Shown: positions 16,460-31,344 of the stretch, piece by piece
Layout: each line of letters opens with the position of its first letter
How positions within the stretch are numbered: position 1 is the stretch's first letter
Origin: the human T2T-CHM13v2.0 reference genome, Homo sapiens
NCBI RefSeq assembly: GCF_009914755.1
Contig: NC_060928.1
Length of the DNA stretch: 64,000 bases
Direction: 5' to 3' (one strand)
Translations under genes and position numbers: made by a program
Notes under the pieces: generated by a model
Database searches by the model: none
Seen by the model: the letters and a program-made list of their open reading frames with translations, nothing else
Told to the model about the DNA's origin: nothing

Positions 16460-16697
16460 TCAGGCAGCAGGGAGAGTCTGGCAATGAGAAGCAAGGGAAA
16501 CATTTCCTTCATCCTACCTCTAGACCCAATAATATTAAGGGATTAGAGAAAACAGCCAGCATGTAAGACAGCTGCAGAACAGTGTGTTCAGGGACAAACC
16601 AGGTTTTCAAGCAAAAAAGGTGAAGACATCTTTAGAAGTTTAAAATACAGTGGATTTTGCCAAGAATGTACTATAAGAGAGTTTTCTGGAAGAGATT

Positions 16698-16770
16698 ACA
16701 GGTTGGTGCAAAAGTAATGGCGGTTTTGCTTTCAATGACAAAAACCCCAACTACTTTTGCACCAACCTAT
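16698..16770. mobile_element. MADE1 (Hsmar1-derived mariner MITE)
   Basis: Inverted repeats aggttggtgcaaaagta...tacttttgcaccaacct. Confidence 0.93.
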
Positions 16771-16959
16771 AGAAAACTATGCAGGGGTGGGGGCAGATCA
16801 GAGTATGACCAGAGTCTTACAGCAATAGGAGAGTCTAGGCAGTGAGGGAAAGCTGGAGTCCTAGGCTTCCTGTGGTGACTGAAGTAAAGAGAGATAAAAC
16901 GATAAGATGGAATTGGCCCACTTAGGTTTGAATACATCTTTTTAAAGATAGATAAAACC

Positions 16960-17640
16960 AGCAGGCCAGTTACCATATTGCCCCTCAGCTCCAAATCTAC
17001 TCTTCATTGTCCAGCTTGTGATGCTAGAGCTGGACATTGTAAACATTTCTTCTTTGATTGCTAACACAATATTAAGCTTTGTCAGTAAAACTGAGAGGGT
17101 CACTGCAAAGGCAGAAGCTTCTCTTCCTGATTAGTGTGTTTCCTTTCTTCCTGTTACTGCAGCAAGTGGGACAAACAGCAGCACTCACCCCTACAGGCAC
17201 CTTCCAGGAGTGTTTGGCCAGTGCCCCTACCAGCTTCCCTGTGAGTTTCAGCAGCACCTGCAAGAAGAGCTTCCCACAGAATTCTGCTGGTGCCTCAGCC
17301 AGCATCCCAGCTAGAGCAGCACCAGATAAGTTCCACTGGCACCCCAGCAGGCTTCCCAGTGAGTTCAACGGCTCCTCAAGTGGCTTCCCAGTACATTCTA
17401 CTGACACTCCAGGCAGTTTCGCAGGGAGTTTCGTCAGCTCCACAGTGGACACTTTCCTCTTTGCCAGCCCCAGACTGTGGGGCCATCGAGTGAGCTACTG
17501 CCATACCCTACCCAGTAAGGTCTGAATCTCAGCCTTCGCGATGGGGTTAGGGTTTCTTTAAAAATTTGTGTCTTCTTTGGGTACTCTGCCTCAGCACTAG
17601 GAATAGCAGCTGCTTCCTGTATCTGCTATTACTGCATGCT
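16960..17640. mobile_element. Probable ERVL LTR (LTR41/LTR33-like) with internal degenerate ~33-bp repeats
   Basis: aaacatttcttctttg...attaagctttgtcagta motif; GC-richer block; family assignment uncertain. Confidence 0.5.
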
Positions 17641-17695
17641 TTAAAAAAAAATTTTTTTTACAATCTCTCATTTTATTATTATAATTTTTCTAAAT

Positions 17696-17997
17696 TTCTT
17701 TTTTGTTTTTTTTTTTGAAACAGAATCTCATGGTCACCCAGGCTGTAGTGCAGTGGCGCACTCTTTGGCTCACTGCAACCTCCGCCTCCCCGGTTCAAGT
17801 GATTCTCCCACTTCAGACTCCTGAGTAGCTGGGACTATAGGTGTGCGCCACCACACCTGGCTAATTTTTGTATTTTTAGTAGAGAAAGGGTTTCACCATG
17901 TTGGCCAGGCTGGTCTGGAACTCCTGACCCCAAGTGACCCACCCGCCTTGACCTCCCAAAGTGCTGGGATTACAGGCGTGAACCACCACACCTGACC
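17696..17997 (-). mobile_element. AluS
   Basis: Antisense dimer. Confidence 0.93.
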
Positions 17998-18660
17998 TAT
18001 GATAGATTTTAAACAAAGTGACTGATCATTCCTACTATATAAAGTTTATCTTACAGCAGTGTGTATACATACATATCTAAGGCTGTGTATATGTATATGT
18101 ATGTGTATGTAATCCAAAATGAAACAAGCTCCATATACCAAAGCATGCAGCTACTGACATAAAGAAAATGTCAAATTCCTGCAACTATCACTGTGTTCTT
18201 GGGCATGTCGCTTAAATTCTACAGGTCTTCATTTTTCATCTGAAATATGACAGAGTAGATTATATGATCACATTCCTTCCAGCTCTATGATTCTGTTTAT
18301 CTGATTGTGAATTCTCAAATACCAAATATTTCCAGATTTTTATCAAGAATGTCATAGGTATTTATTTCATTTATGCACAAAAACAAATGGCTCTGCTTAG
18401 GTTGCTCAAAAGTTATTTCATTTATAATGTCACTCGCTTTTTATTACACTAATTATATTACTTAATATATTTACTTAATGACTTTTTATGACTCCTGTAA
18501 GGCTTCTCAGTTTTAGAGGACTGGTAAAACACAGAAGGAGGACATTCCTTGGTAACTTAATAAAAGTAATCCTATAATATCAAGGTAACTGAATTGAGCT
18601 GCAATGAAATAAGGTTGAATTGAATTTGTTATTAACACATGGTATGTAACATGATCATAC

Positions 18661-18812
18661 CTGTTTATGTTTTTGCAGTGGTTTCTTTTCGTGTAATTTT
18701 TTATCTCCATATTTCTTATATGCTAAAGGTATTCCATATTTAGCGGCAGGCTTTGTAATTTTCTGAGCAGGCATAACAGAAATCGAGTTTTGTCCTGAAG
18801 CTGGTCTTTTAG
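18661..18812 (-). CDS. NEK1: NEK1 coding exon c.869-1020 (basic region, AKRPASGQ...KKPLQKHKQ)
   Basis: 152 nt; acceptor cttttcatctag, donor CAG|gtatga. Confidence 0.96.
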
Positions 18813-19218
18813 CTAGATGAAAAGATACAAAGAATTTTGTCTGCAGTTCTTTACATTAACTCTTTACTTTCAGAATTCTTCAAGATAGCACTGTTTAATT
18901 TTCATAATCATTGATAGTATTTTAAACTTTCTATCAAATATCTTAATTCATCCCTTAGTATTTACTAATGCCTTAACTATTTTACCCTAAAGTCACTTTT
19001 TGACAGAAGCTAAAAGCCAAATTCCTCTAACATGTTGAAGTTTTTAATATTAAAAAAAAAAATCCCTGAAATTGACTGTGAGTGATGGTTGCACGTATCG
19101 GTGAATATACTAAAAATAATTTAATCATGAATATACTAAAAAAAATTTAATTGTAGACACCAAATGTATAAACTGTATGGTATGTAAGTTATGTATCAAT
19201 AGAGCTGTTAAAAATAAA

Positions 19219-19534
<316 letters not shown>

Positions 19535-21251
19535 TTAGAAACTACTTTCAAAATCAGAAGATAATCAAGAGCCACTGTTAAGCATTAATTACATCAATAT
19601 AAGCAACTTTTTTCCTTCATATAATGTCTGAATGGTATCTATACCTACAGACCTGACAAAAAAGAAATATCTTAAAACAATCATTATCATTAAGGGTTCC
19701 ACAGAATGGGTACCTTAAAGACTGCTGGCAGAAATATAAATTGGTTACACTTTCTGGAGAGCAATCTATATTAAGAATATTATTTATGAATTGATTATTA
19801 AAGAAATAATCAGAGAAACTCCATGCACAAGAATAAACCCTGCAGTATTATGTATTTAACCCTTAATGAAGCCTAGATGAGGTTCAGTCTTAGAAGGGAT
19901 AAGTTCAAGAAAAACACCCTAAGGTAATAAAAAGGAAATTCTACTATTTATTCACATCTCTGGAGGATATTAAAAGAAGTCAGAGTAGAGTCTACATAAA
20001 CCCTTATTGAAACCCTCTTTCCCTCTCTTATTTTTAATATCTGCCAAGATACCCCTCTGCTCAAACTCCCCTAAAGCCTAAGCAGCAGCTTGCTTTCTTC
20101 CACTTGCAGACTGCTCTCTAGCTCAGGATTTTATATTGTGCTAAATCAATTTAAATCAATCTCTTCCAGAAGTGTTCTTACTTTTTAGGAGGGGAAAGGA
20201 GAAAAAAATTTAACTGGTAGTTCAAAATGAAATCCTACGACTAAACTCAGTTCTTCAAAAAAATGTAATTGTAATAGAAAATGTTCATCATATAATAGTA
20301 TAAATTAAAAGAAACAAAACTTCTAATAACGCATTCTCAATTTGTAGTTATGCATATATCATCACAGAAAAATATATCAAATATAACAGTGTGTGTTAAA
20401 ATTGGGGTAATTTTTCTTTTAAAACATTTTTATAATAAATATCTATTTTGCATATAATTTAGTAAACTGTTTTAAAAATAAAAACAATATAAGCCATTAA
20501 GTCGGCATTTTAGAGATTCAGAAGTAATTTTTGTTGACAATATGGGATATACGACGTGATAGGGTAAGGTTTTCCAAACACATACTCCAACTGCATCTTG
20601 ACCCAGAAACCAGGAAGCATGAGAAAAAAAAGATTTCCCTTTGAGAGTTCAACAGTACAATCAAATTAGAACATACACATACACATATACACACACAGTC
20701 ACAATACTGCAACCTGGCTAAACGTGTTAATAGAATCAAAGAAATACAGCGCATGCCAGAAAAGGGGCTAGAGGCGCAAAAGCATAAAAAATAAAGATTT
20801 CTAAGAAACAAATATGAACAGTCCCATCTACTTTCCAGAGAAAAGAAAGAATTACTTATCTGATTTTAGAGTATTTTTCAGGATCATTGACAAGGCTACC
20901 TATGGCATGAAGTTTAACATAGGGGACTGGAGGCGACAAAGTATTTATCAGTAATACTACTCCTATTAAGCATTTCATTCAACCAAATGCTCTTACGACA
21001 AATTACTTTCTAATTCCTATATGGGTTTATCCATGTGGAAAGAACGTGCTGACACTGGGTATTTCCAGCTTTTGTGACAAAGAGCCTTTTGATTAAGATA
21101 TGACTTCTACGAAGCTTGACTGCCCACTGCCCAGAGAAATCATGCTGATTCTTGGTCTCTTGTAAATTCTAAGTGAGTTGACTTCTCAGGGATTGGTGGT
21201 CTCTGCAATGAGAGGATGTGTAAGGGTCTTTAAGAAGGGCTAAATGCAGCT

Positions 21252-21541
<290 letters not shown>

Positions 21542-21947
21542 CTAAATGCAGCTTGCCTTCCTGAGAACGCACTGTCATACCACTTCTAGCTAAATGGGCT
21601 CATTTTTATGATACATATTTTTATTAATTTGTCCAAATTCAAAATGGAGTAGTACAAATAATTACGTTTGAAAAACAATATACCCTTCACGTATTAAATA
21701 ACTTCCATTGATTTTAGAAATCCATTCTGAAATCATTCTATTCAGGAAAAAAATAATTTCCCTCTCACATAGATACATCTAAATACATATACATAGTATA
21801 TAACCATATTCACAATCTTACAATGATTCTAATACCACTGGTCACATTGTTTAAAAGAAAACCTATCTTTAATGAAGTGCTTGACTTTACATTCACTTAA
21901 TTTAAAAAATTCAGAATATGAAATATTTCTCAAAGAAAATATTTTAC

Positions 21948-22290
<343 letters not shown>

Positions 22291-22569
22291 TTACAATTCT
22301 ATAACAACGTTCTCAAAATATCAGCTAGGCATTTGATAAAGACATAAGATTTCAAGCCAGATTTCATTTAAATAAAATGAACAATAAATGAGAATGTTAT
22401 TAATTTATAAGAAACTGTATATTGCCATAAATCATTAATAATTCTAAGGTGCATTTTCTCTGGATTAAATTTATCCTAGAATTATCCCAACTTACTACAT
22501 CTACATATATTTCCAGTTTAATTAGGGTTGATTATCGCAAACAGATGAAAGGCTTCATATCAGATTTCA

Positions 22570-22677
<108 letters not shown>

Positions 22678-22766
22678 TCAAAATAAAAAACCTACCCATT
22701 AATTATAATACATCTTCCCCTTTTTCAGTAGTAATTATGCTGCCAAATAAACTGTACTAAAACCAA

Positions 22767-22797
<31 letters not shown>

Positions 22798-22799
22798 GA

Positions 22800-22944
22800 A
22801 GCCCAGGTGTCGTGGTTCATGCCTGAAATCCCAGCACTTTAGGAGGCTGAGGGGAAGATCGCTTGAGCAAGGAGTTAGAGTTCAGCCCTGGCAACACAGT
22901 GAGATCTCGTCTCTATTTTAAAAATTAAGAAAAATAAAAAAAAA
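22800..22944 (+). mobile_element. Alu monomer (FLAM-like)
   Basis: Left monomer followed by A-rich tail. Confidence 0.8.
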
Positions 22945-22985
22945 TCCATTCAATAAATTCCTCTCATGCTTACTCCCTCCCAATC

Positions 22986-23317
22986 TTATTTATGTATGTA
23001 TCTGTGGGTGTATGTTTTTGAGACAGGGTCTCACTTTGTTGCTCAGGCTGGAGTACAGTGAGACAACAATGGCTCACTGCAGCCTTGACCTCCTAGGCTC
23101 AAGCAATCCTCCCATCTCAGCCTCCTATTAGTTGGGACCACAGGCGTGTGTCACCATGCCAGGCTGATTTAAAAAAAATTTTTTTTGGTTTATTTTTTAT
23201 GGAGATGGGGGTCTCCTTATGTTGCTCAGGCTGGTCTCGAATGTATGGGATCAAGTGATTCTCCTTCCTCAGTGTTCCAAAGTCCTGGGATTAAAGGTAT
23301 GTGCCACCGTGCCCAGC
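22986..23317 (-). mobile_element. AluJ
   Basis: Antisense diverged dimer. Confidence 0.9.
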
Positions 23318-24019
23318 ACTAATTTATTTTTATTAGTTCTCCAGATAGAGGCTTTCTTCTCAAATTAATGTAATGAACAAGGTAGGCATCCATACATTAC
23401 TCGCCTATTTCATCTCTCAGCAATTTAACACAACTACCTATCTGGAAAAATCTCTATATTCTGTGTGCATCCATAGCCTTCACTTTCTTCAAAACTACTG
23501 AAGAATCTCTTCATTATCAAAAGAAATTATCTAGTAATCTCTCAGTTATTTTAATTTACTCTGAATCCTCTTAACATCTCCAATGAGTTTTGTAGCTCAT
23601 AATTATAAATTATAACTAATTTTATTAAGTTATTGAATATGTAAATATTCTTAATTCAACAAATGTACCCATTTAATATTAGTATAAACGCTCCATTATA
23701 TATTCTCCAGCATTTATAAACATAGATGTTTATAAATCAGGAACAAAAATCATTTACATTTTCTGCAAGTAATTTTTTCTCCTTACTCCATATTTTTCTC
23801 TCCTTCACTTCAAAACTATGATACCAACAAAGAATTAACTCGATTTATGCTTTTTTTTCTTACTTTGTGGGGAAGGCAAAGGCAAGTGAATTTTCTCTTT
23901 TTTCAAGAGAACTGATTCTTGGTGAGAGAATCTTCCTATATTAACAGTGGTCCAGACACTCCAATAGGCAAAAAAAAATACATGATCTGAGGGGGTTGTT
24001 TTTCCCATTAAGAAAATCC

Positions 24020-24195
24020 CTAGAGCAATTCTCAAAGTCTCATACCAGCAGGATCAGCATTACCTGGAACTTAGTAAACATGCAAACTGTCAGGCTCCAC
24101 TTCAAAATTACTGAAACCGAGACTGTTGTGGTGAGACTCAGCAATGCCCTCTAGGTGATTCTGATGCATGCTAAAGTTTGAGAACCTTTTCACTA
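24020..24195. mobile_element. MER5A-like hAT transposon
   Basis: ttctcaaagt...ggtgattctgatgcatgctaaagtttgagaacc. Confidence 0.8.
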
Positions 24196-24449
24196 GTGGA
24201 CAAATGTTAAGAGCCAAGTCTGGCTCACAGGCAATTTAGAGCAACCATGTGAACGTGTGTTCTCTTCTCAACAAATGCATTTTTTTCCTTTTCTTTTTCT
24301 TGGAAGAAAACAGGTGGTTTATGATCTCCATCTTGTCCCCAAATCTAATCATTTCTTCCACTGTTGGAGAAGTCTTTGTTTTCCTGTGTTAATGCTCATG
24401 TGAATTGAGAGATGGGGCATATAGAATCCAAGAAGATCCTGAAAACCCT

Positions 24450-24650
24450 ACGTTATGTTGTCCAATAGAGTAGCCACTAGCCACATGCGCCTATTTGAAT
24501 TAAAATTTAAGGTATATATATATGAAGCTTTTCAGTTATACCAAGGACATTTCAAGTGCTTACTAACCACATGTGGCTAGTGGCTGCAATATTGAACAAT
24601 GCAGATATAGAACATTTTCATCATCACAGAGCATTCCACTGGACAGCCCC
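24450..24650. mobile_element. MER3-like hAT transposon
   Basis: tgtccaatagagtagccactagccacatg...ccacatgtggctagtggct...ggacagc. Confidence 0.8.
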
Positions 24651-24886
24651 TACATTCCTAATGAATCAGAACTTACCCATGGTTTTTCAAGCCATATCCA
24701 GGAAGAAGTTGCCACAGTGCCCAAGACTGAAAACTAGGCCCTATCAACCACGGTTGATGGCCTTGAGAGGACTGAGGTATTAAAATGGTAGGGAGCACTA
24801 CAGTGATACTGGAAATAATAGTTTATATGTTACACTAAAGCTCATGAATTGTTTCAAAGTTATAGCCTTTAAAAAAAGGTATCACA

Positions 24887-25017
24887 ACTACTCAGGAGGC
24901 TGAGGAGGGAGGACTGCTTGAGCTCCAGAGGTGGAGGTTGCAGTGAGCTGAGACTGCACCACTGCACTCTAGCCTGGGTGACAGAGTGAGACTCCATCTC
25001 AAAAAAAAAAAAAAAAA
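24887..25017 (+). mobile_element. 5'-truncated Alu (right arm)
   Basis: TSD aaaaaag(g)tatcacaa. Confidence 0.88.
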
Positions 25018-25043
25018 GTATCACAAAGCTTCTCACCTAAGTA

Positions 25044-25153
25044 GATATATAGTACAAAATAAATCTGAGGAACAGCAGATAAAGGTTTTTATCTTTAAAC
25101 AACAAGCGATATATAGTAGAAAATAAATCTGAGAAACAGCAGATAAAGGTTTT
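25044..25153. repeat. 46-bp direct duplication with 18-bp spacer
   Basis: 25044-25089 and 25108-25153, 2 mismatches. Confidence 0.9.
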
Positions 25154-26063
25154 CATGAAGAATGAAATCTAAGTGGTGCTTAAATAGTAACAAGTAGGGT
25201 CTATGTATATAATAAACACATAATGTCAAATATCCCATTTGTGAATAATCACAATCTACCCTTGTTTCTTTTCATATTATAAGTTTGGCACATTTTAGGC
25301 TTGAATATTTTCTCTTTCATTGCTAGCTAGCTAAATTCCAGTACTTCAGCCTTGAGACAGTATGTCCCAACTCCTGGTATAGGGAGAAAGAAACCTCAGC
25401 AAGACTAAATGAAGTCATTGTTTATTCTCTAGTGGCTGCCAAAAAAACAATAGTATGCTACATAATAAAAGTGTCCTCGCAAACGTTATTTATAACAAAG
25501 GAGTCTTGTAAGACACCCACATTTCAGAAGCTGCTGCTATGACCTATACAAGTAACCTTTAATCTCCAAATTTTATTTGGCTTTCTTGCATACTAATGCA
25601 TTCTCCTGGTAGTAACAGTAAAATCAACATCTGTTTTCTGAAGAGTATTTGGTCACATGCATGTTCTGTTAAGTCAGAAGGATATATGATACTTCCTTCT
25701 TCTCCATGAGCATATAAAACTAATATAAAAAAACTATAGTTTTGCTGAATATCTTATTTACTGAAGAGGTTAACAGTTATTTAACAAAGACCTCACTAAA
25801 CCAGAAAAGTAAAACAATTCCAATCTCAGGTGATCAAATTTTTATGAATAACTTATGCTAATTGATTTGATATAGATTGCTTTAAAAATCTTGTGAAATT
25901 AAAATTCAGTTAAACTCAACAAATATTATGCACCTACATGTGTGCACTAAAGGAGAAATCATGAGTCAGTAATCTAGTATACCTACATATAAATGGTTTC
26001 TAGTCATTTCCTATCAAAAAGAATATAACTATAATATATAAATTACGTTAATAACACATTTAT

Positions 26064-26364
<301 letters not shown>

Positions 26365-26399
26365 ATTTGTATTAGTAAAATACATTGATATGTAGGTGA

Positions 26400-26570
26400 T
26401 ATTTAAGACATTAAATATTTTGAGCACTTACATGCTAGACATTAAGCACTTTATGTGTATTATCACTTTTAATTCTCACAATAACCTTATAGATACATTT
26501 AATAATCCCTTTGCTCACAGGTGAGGAGAGTGAAGCACAGAAATGCTCAATGATTTTACAGTTAGAAATC
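26400..26570. mobile_element. MIR
   Basis: ttgagcacttacatgctag...aattctcacaataacc...gaggagagtgaagcacaga. Confidence 0.75.
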
Positions 26571-26638
26571 CAGAGAACAGAGGAATAACGCATAACTGGA
26601 AAGCAAACATTAAGAAAACAGTTATATAAGAATGGAAA

Positions 26639-27031
<393 letters not shown>

Positions 27032-27053
27032 TTAGCTAAGCAACATAACCCTA

Positions 27054-27284
<231 letters not shown>

Positions 27285-29278
27285 CTAAATTCCAGAAAAT
27301 AAATAACATATAGGAAACATATATAAATTGAAACTGAGAATATCGGTAATGAGAAATAGTTCTTTTCCTACCAATATAGAATAGAAACACAATCCTCTTC
27401 CAAATAATTAGAATATGTTTTCTAGAGCAAAGTTTACTTGGTTATCTGTAAATTAATATCAGCCCTCAAAAAATAAGAGTAATTTTTACTTATTCGAAAT
27501 ATTTAAAGATGGGATGTATTAAATAAACGTTTCATAAACTATGACAATAATCAAATGGTGAAAGGTTATGCCTTAGAGGTAGCAAAATTAGGGCCAAAGA
27601 ACCACAAGCAGAAAAAGAACAACCTGCTGGTCTTCATTTAAGACCTGACTTTTAGTGCCTCTGTTGTAATGACTAGAACAAGAAATTAACTACAGAACTA
27701 AAAGTATTGGGGGAAAATATAATAAATAAAACTACTAATACTTTCCTTTTAGACAATGCTCACTATTATGTGTGCGTGTGATGCTCCTAAAAGCTATGGA
27801 AATCAGCAATATAAAAAATATCTTAATAGGAATATATATGTCAGAATTAAACACAATATAAACTTTAAAGTAAAAAGAAAACAAGAGGTAGGGCAGTTTA
27901 AAATCTGAAGATTTCATTTTGAAAGAGGGCAATATTAAGCTTTTGATATCTCCACTAAAATATTACAGAACAATTGTACAATGTTGATATCTTCTTAATA
28001 TACATATTAATAAAATAAAATGTACTATAAATTAGGCATCAGTGATTACAAAAGTTCTACTAAATGTTGAGCTCTCCTAAATGTCATTTGAGTAAATTCA
28101 ATCTTACAGAAACATCTGTACACCTAAATAGGAATCCTAAATGCAGAAAAGATGTGGTTCTCTATTCCAATGCACTTTCGTTTATCTCTCAATTGACACG
28201 CTCTTCATAAAGGGTAAGTTACTGAATTTCATGTATCTTAAGACACATGCTACTTAAGAGTAAACAATCCCAAAATAAAGAAGAGATGGTGACAGAACAA
28301 TGTAGTTGCAAAGATTTTTTAAAAACCCACAAACCAATGGTTTAAAGCTCAAATAACTGTGTTGCAGAAAAACTGATCAATTATTTCAAATAAGCATCTG
28401 ATAACCACCATCCCACATTACTTTGTCAGCTTATGCTTTTTTCCTTAAGAAAGAAAAAAAAAACTAAGGCAATATAGTAAAAGGGTATGCAACCATTAAA
28501 AAGAATGACAAGAAAAAATATTCCCCAAATAGTATTAAGCAATAAAGTCAGGTTATAAAACTTCTTATAAAGTCTAATCAAACTTTTGGGGAAGAAAAAA
28601 AAATTTCATTTTACAGGTAGTCAATACTGGCTGGAAGAACTGCTTATGAACCTTATTCACTTATTTATATTTTCTGAAGTTTTGTGTAATGAAAATACAA
28701 TATTGTTTAATCAGTGGGTAAAAAATGTTAATCACTTTCCATTTCAAAAAACTGCTTTTTTAAGATTAAACCTACTTAGGACAAGAACCCTCCCCCTTTT
28801 TAGTGTGTTATATGTTATTTCAAAAAAAAGTCTCAAAAGTAAAAATTTTAAATACTCTGAATTAATGATTACTCAAATTGATAAAAGTCATCAGTGAGTA
28901 TATGGAATGAAATTCTTTAAATTAGTTCAATTCCAAACTCAATCTGGGTGTTTTGAAAGAATTCACTAAAACAAAACTAGTAAAATTTATTAAGCTGAAA
29001 TATCAAATTCATACAAAATTTAACATTAAGAAAATAGCAAAATTTATTTCTGTCATTAGAAATAATTTTCTGGAAAATATGAAATATTATAAAATAGCAA
29101 ATATACCAGATATGCATATATACAAAGGGAAATCGATTTATACTTCAGAAAAAATGAGAAATTCAAAAACGGACTTAGAGGAGAATTTCTAGGATGAGGG
29201 TTACCTGAAAGATAATATAACTTAAAATATAATAAAAACATTATAGTCGCTTTTTAACATAACTTTGAAAGTATTTCA

Positions 29279-29377
<99 letters not shown>

Positions 29378-29854
29378 CTAAGTATTTCAAATTTTTTCAT
29401 TTAAAGGAAACACAAACAGCATAAAAGTGTTTTGGAAAAATATGTGCTCCAGAAAAAATTTCCTTTAAAACTAAAAATTTCAACCATAATCAAATGACAA
29501 AAGTAGCTGTCCCAGATTGGAAAAAGAAAATGGTTGCCCCAACAATTACTTTGAAGCTTCATTAAAGAAATTTAATATTTAAAAGAACAATATCAAAAAA
29601 ATTCACGTAAATTCTATCTTTATTTCATAAAACTCAAACTTTTTTCAATTATTTGTAAAATACCATGATTTTAAAAATTATAAAACAAAATACTAATTTA
29701 ATGGACATTAAAAATGTATTAAGAAATTTGCAACAGCTACTGACTAATGTTACCTTGGTTGGGATTTTCCAATTAGAGAGAGAAAATAAAGGGTAGCTGG
29801 AATTTAATGGTAGAATTGCTCTTTCTACGCACATATTATATAGTCTGCTAGCCA

Positions 29855-30110
29855 GACTACAGTGCTGTGATTAGAAATATGGGCTTGGGAGCCAGATGTC
29901 TAGTTTGGATGCTGATTCCACCACTTATTAGACTCAAGGATTTCAAAGAAGTTACCTTGCCTCTCTCTGCTTTTGGTTTCCTTATAAGAAGAGGAGGAAT
30001 GATTAATACCTACATCTCCCAAAATTATTGTGAAGACTAAGAGAATACCTAGAACTCGAAACAGTACCTGGCTTATAGTGTGTTCAAGAAATACTAGCAA
30101 TAATTTAATA
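29855..30110. mobile_element. MIR
   Basis: ggagccagatgtctag...agtacctggcttatagtgtgttcaagaaat. Confidence 0.72.
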
Positions 30111-30373
30111 AGAAGTGACTATCATGAAGAAAAGACCAAAGAAAGCACTCTACTTTCAATTATAACATAAATAATAAGGTGATTCTTTCTGCTGTTCTTC
30201 CAGTAAGATAATCAAATAGCTTTTTTACAATTCCCCTCACCATATATTAGCAACATTTTATATATACATATGTGTTTACATGTATGTATTATTTATTTTA
30301 GAATAGTATTCCAAAGGTTAATAAACATGACAACAAAAAAATTGAAAGCAAATACATCACATAATGAATATCA

Positions 30374-30487
<114 letters not shown>

Positions 30488-30508
30488 TTATTGGAGAAGT
30501 TAAAGACA

Positions 30509-31075
30509 CAGTCATGTGCCACATTAATGTTGTTTTTGGTCTACAGCAGATCGCATATATGATGCTGGTCCCATAAGATTATAATGACACTGAAAAATTC
30601 CTATCACCTAGTGACACGGTGACTGACATACACTGTAGAGCAATTACTTTATTTTTTAATAAATTTAGTATAGCCGAAGTGTACAGTGTTTATAAACTCT
30701 ACAGTAGCATACAGAAATGTGCTAGGTCTTCACATTCACTCACCACTCACTCACTCACAGAAAGCAACTTCCAGTCCAGCAAGCTCCATTCATGGTAAGT
30801 GTCCCATAAAGGTATATCATGTTTTATCTTTTATATTGTATCTTTTCTATGTTTAAACAAATATATACCATTGTGTTACAATTTCTTACAGTATTCAGTA
30901 CAGAACATGCTGTACCGGTTTGTAGCCCAGAAACAATAGGCTACACCATACAGCCTGCCTGTGTAGCACACTCTATCATCTAGGTTTGTATAAGTACACT
31001 CTATAATATTCACCCACTGACAAAATCACCTAATGATGCCTTTCTCAGAACATGTCCCAATAAAGCAACATCCCA
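30509..31075 (+). mobile_element. Tigger3/MER7-type TcMar DNA transposon
   Basis: cagtcatgtgccacatt...ggtcccataagattata...aaatcacctaatgatgcctttctcagaac. Confidence 0.85.
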
Positions 31076-31180
31076 GTAAAGAATGTACTTAAAGATACCA
31101 TAAATTATCACATATACATCATCATGGATTGAAGGTTCGCTGAAAACATTATATCAAAACAAAGTTTAAAATTCATGTTA

Positions 31181-31276
<96 letters not shown>

Positions 31277-31344
31277 CTAGAAATATTGTTACAGTCCAGT
31301 TCTAAGTCAACATTTTTCATAAAATTTAAAATCCAGTTAAAAAA

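Noticed and set aside
22773-22797. A25 run (U-tract on the NEK1 strand) upstream of an exon
   Set aside because: About 140 nt from the acceptor, which has its own pyrimidine tract; likely retroposition-related
25044-25153. Repeat-spacer-repeat resembling a CRISPR unit
   Set aside because: Only two copies in a human intron with no cas genes; a simple local duplication
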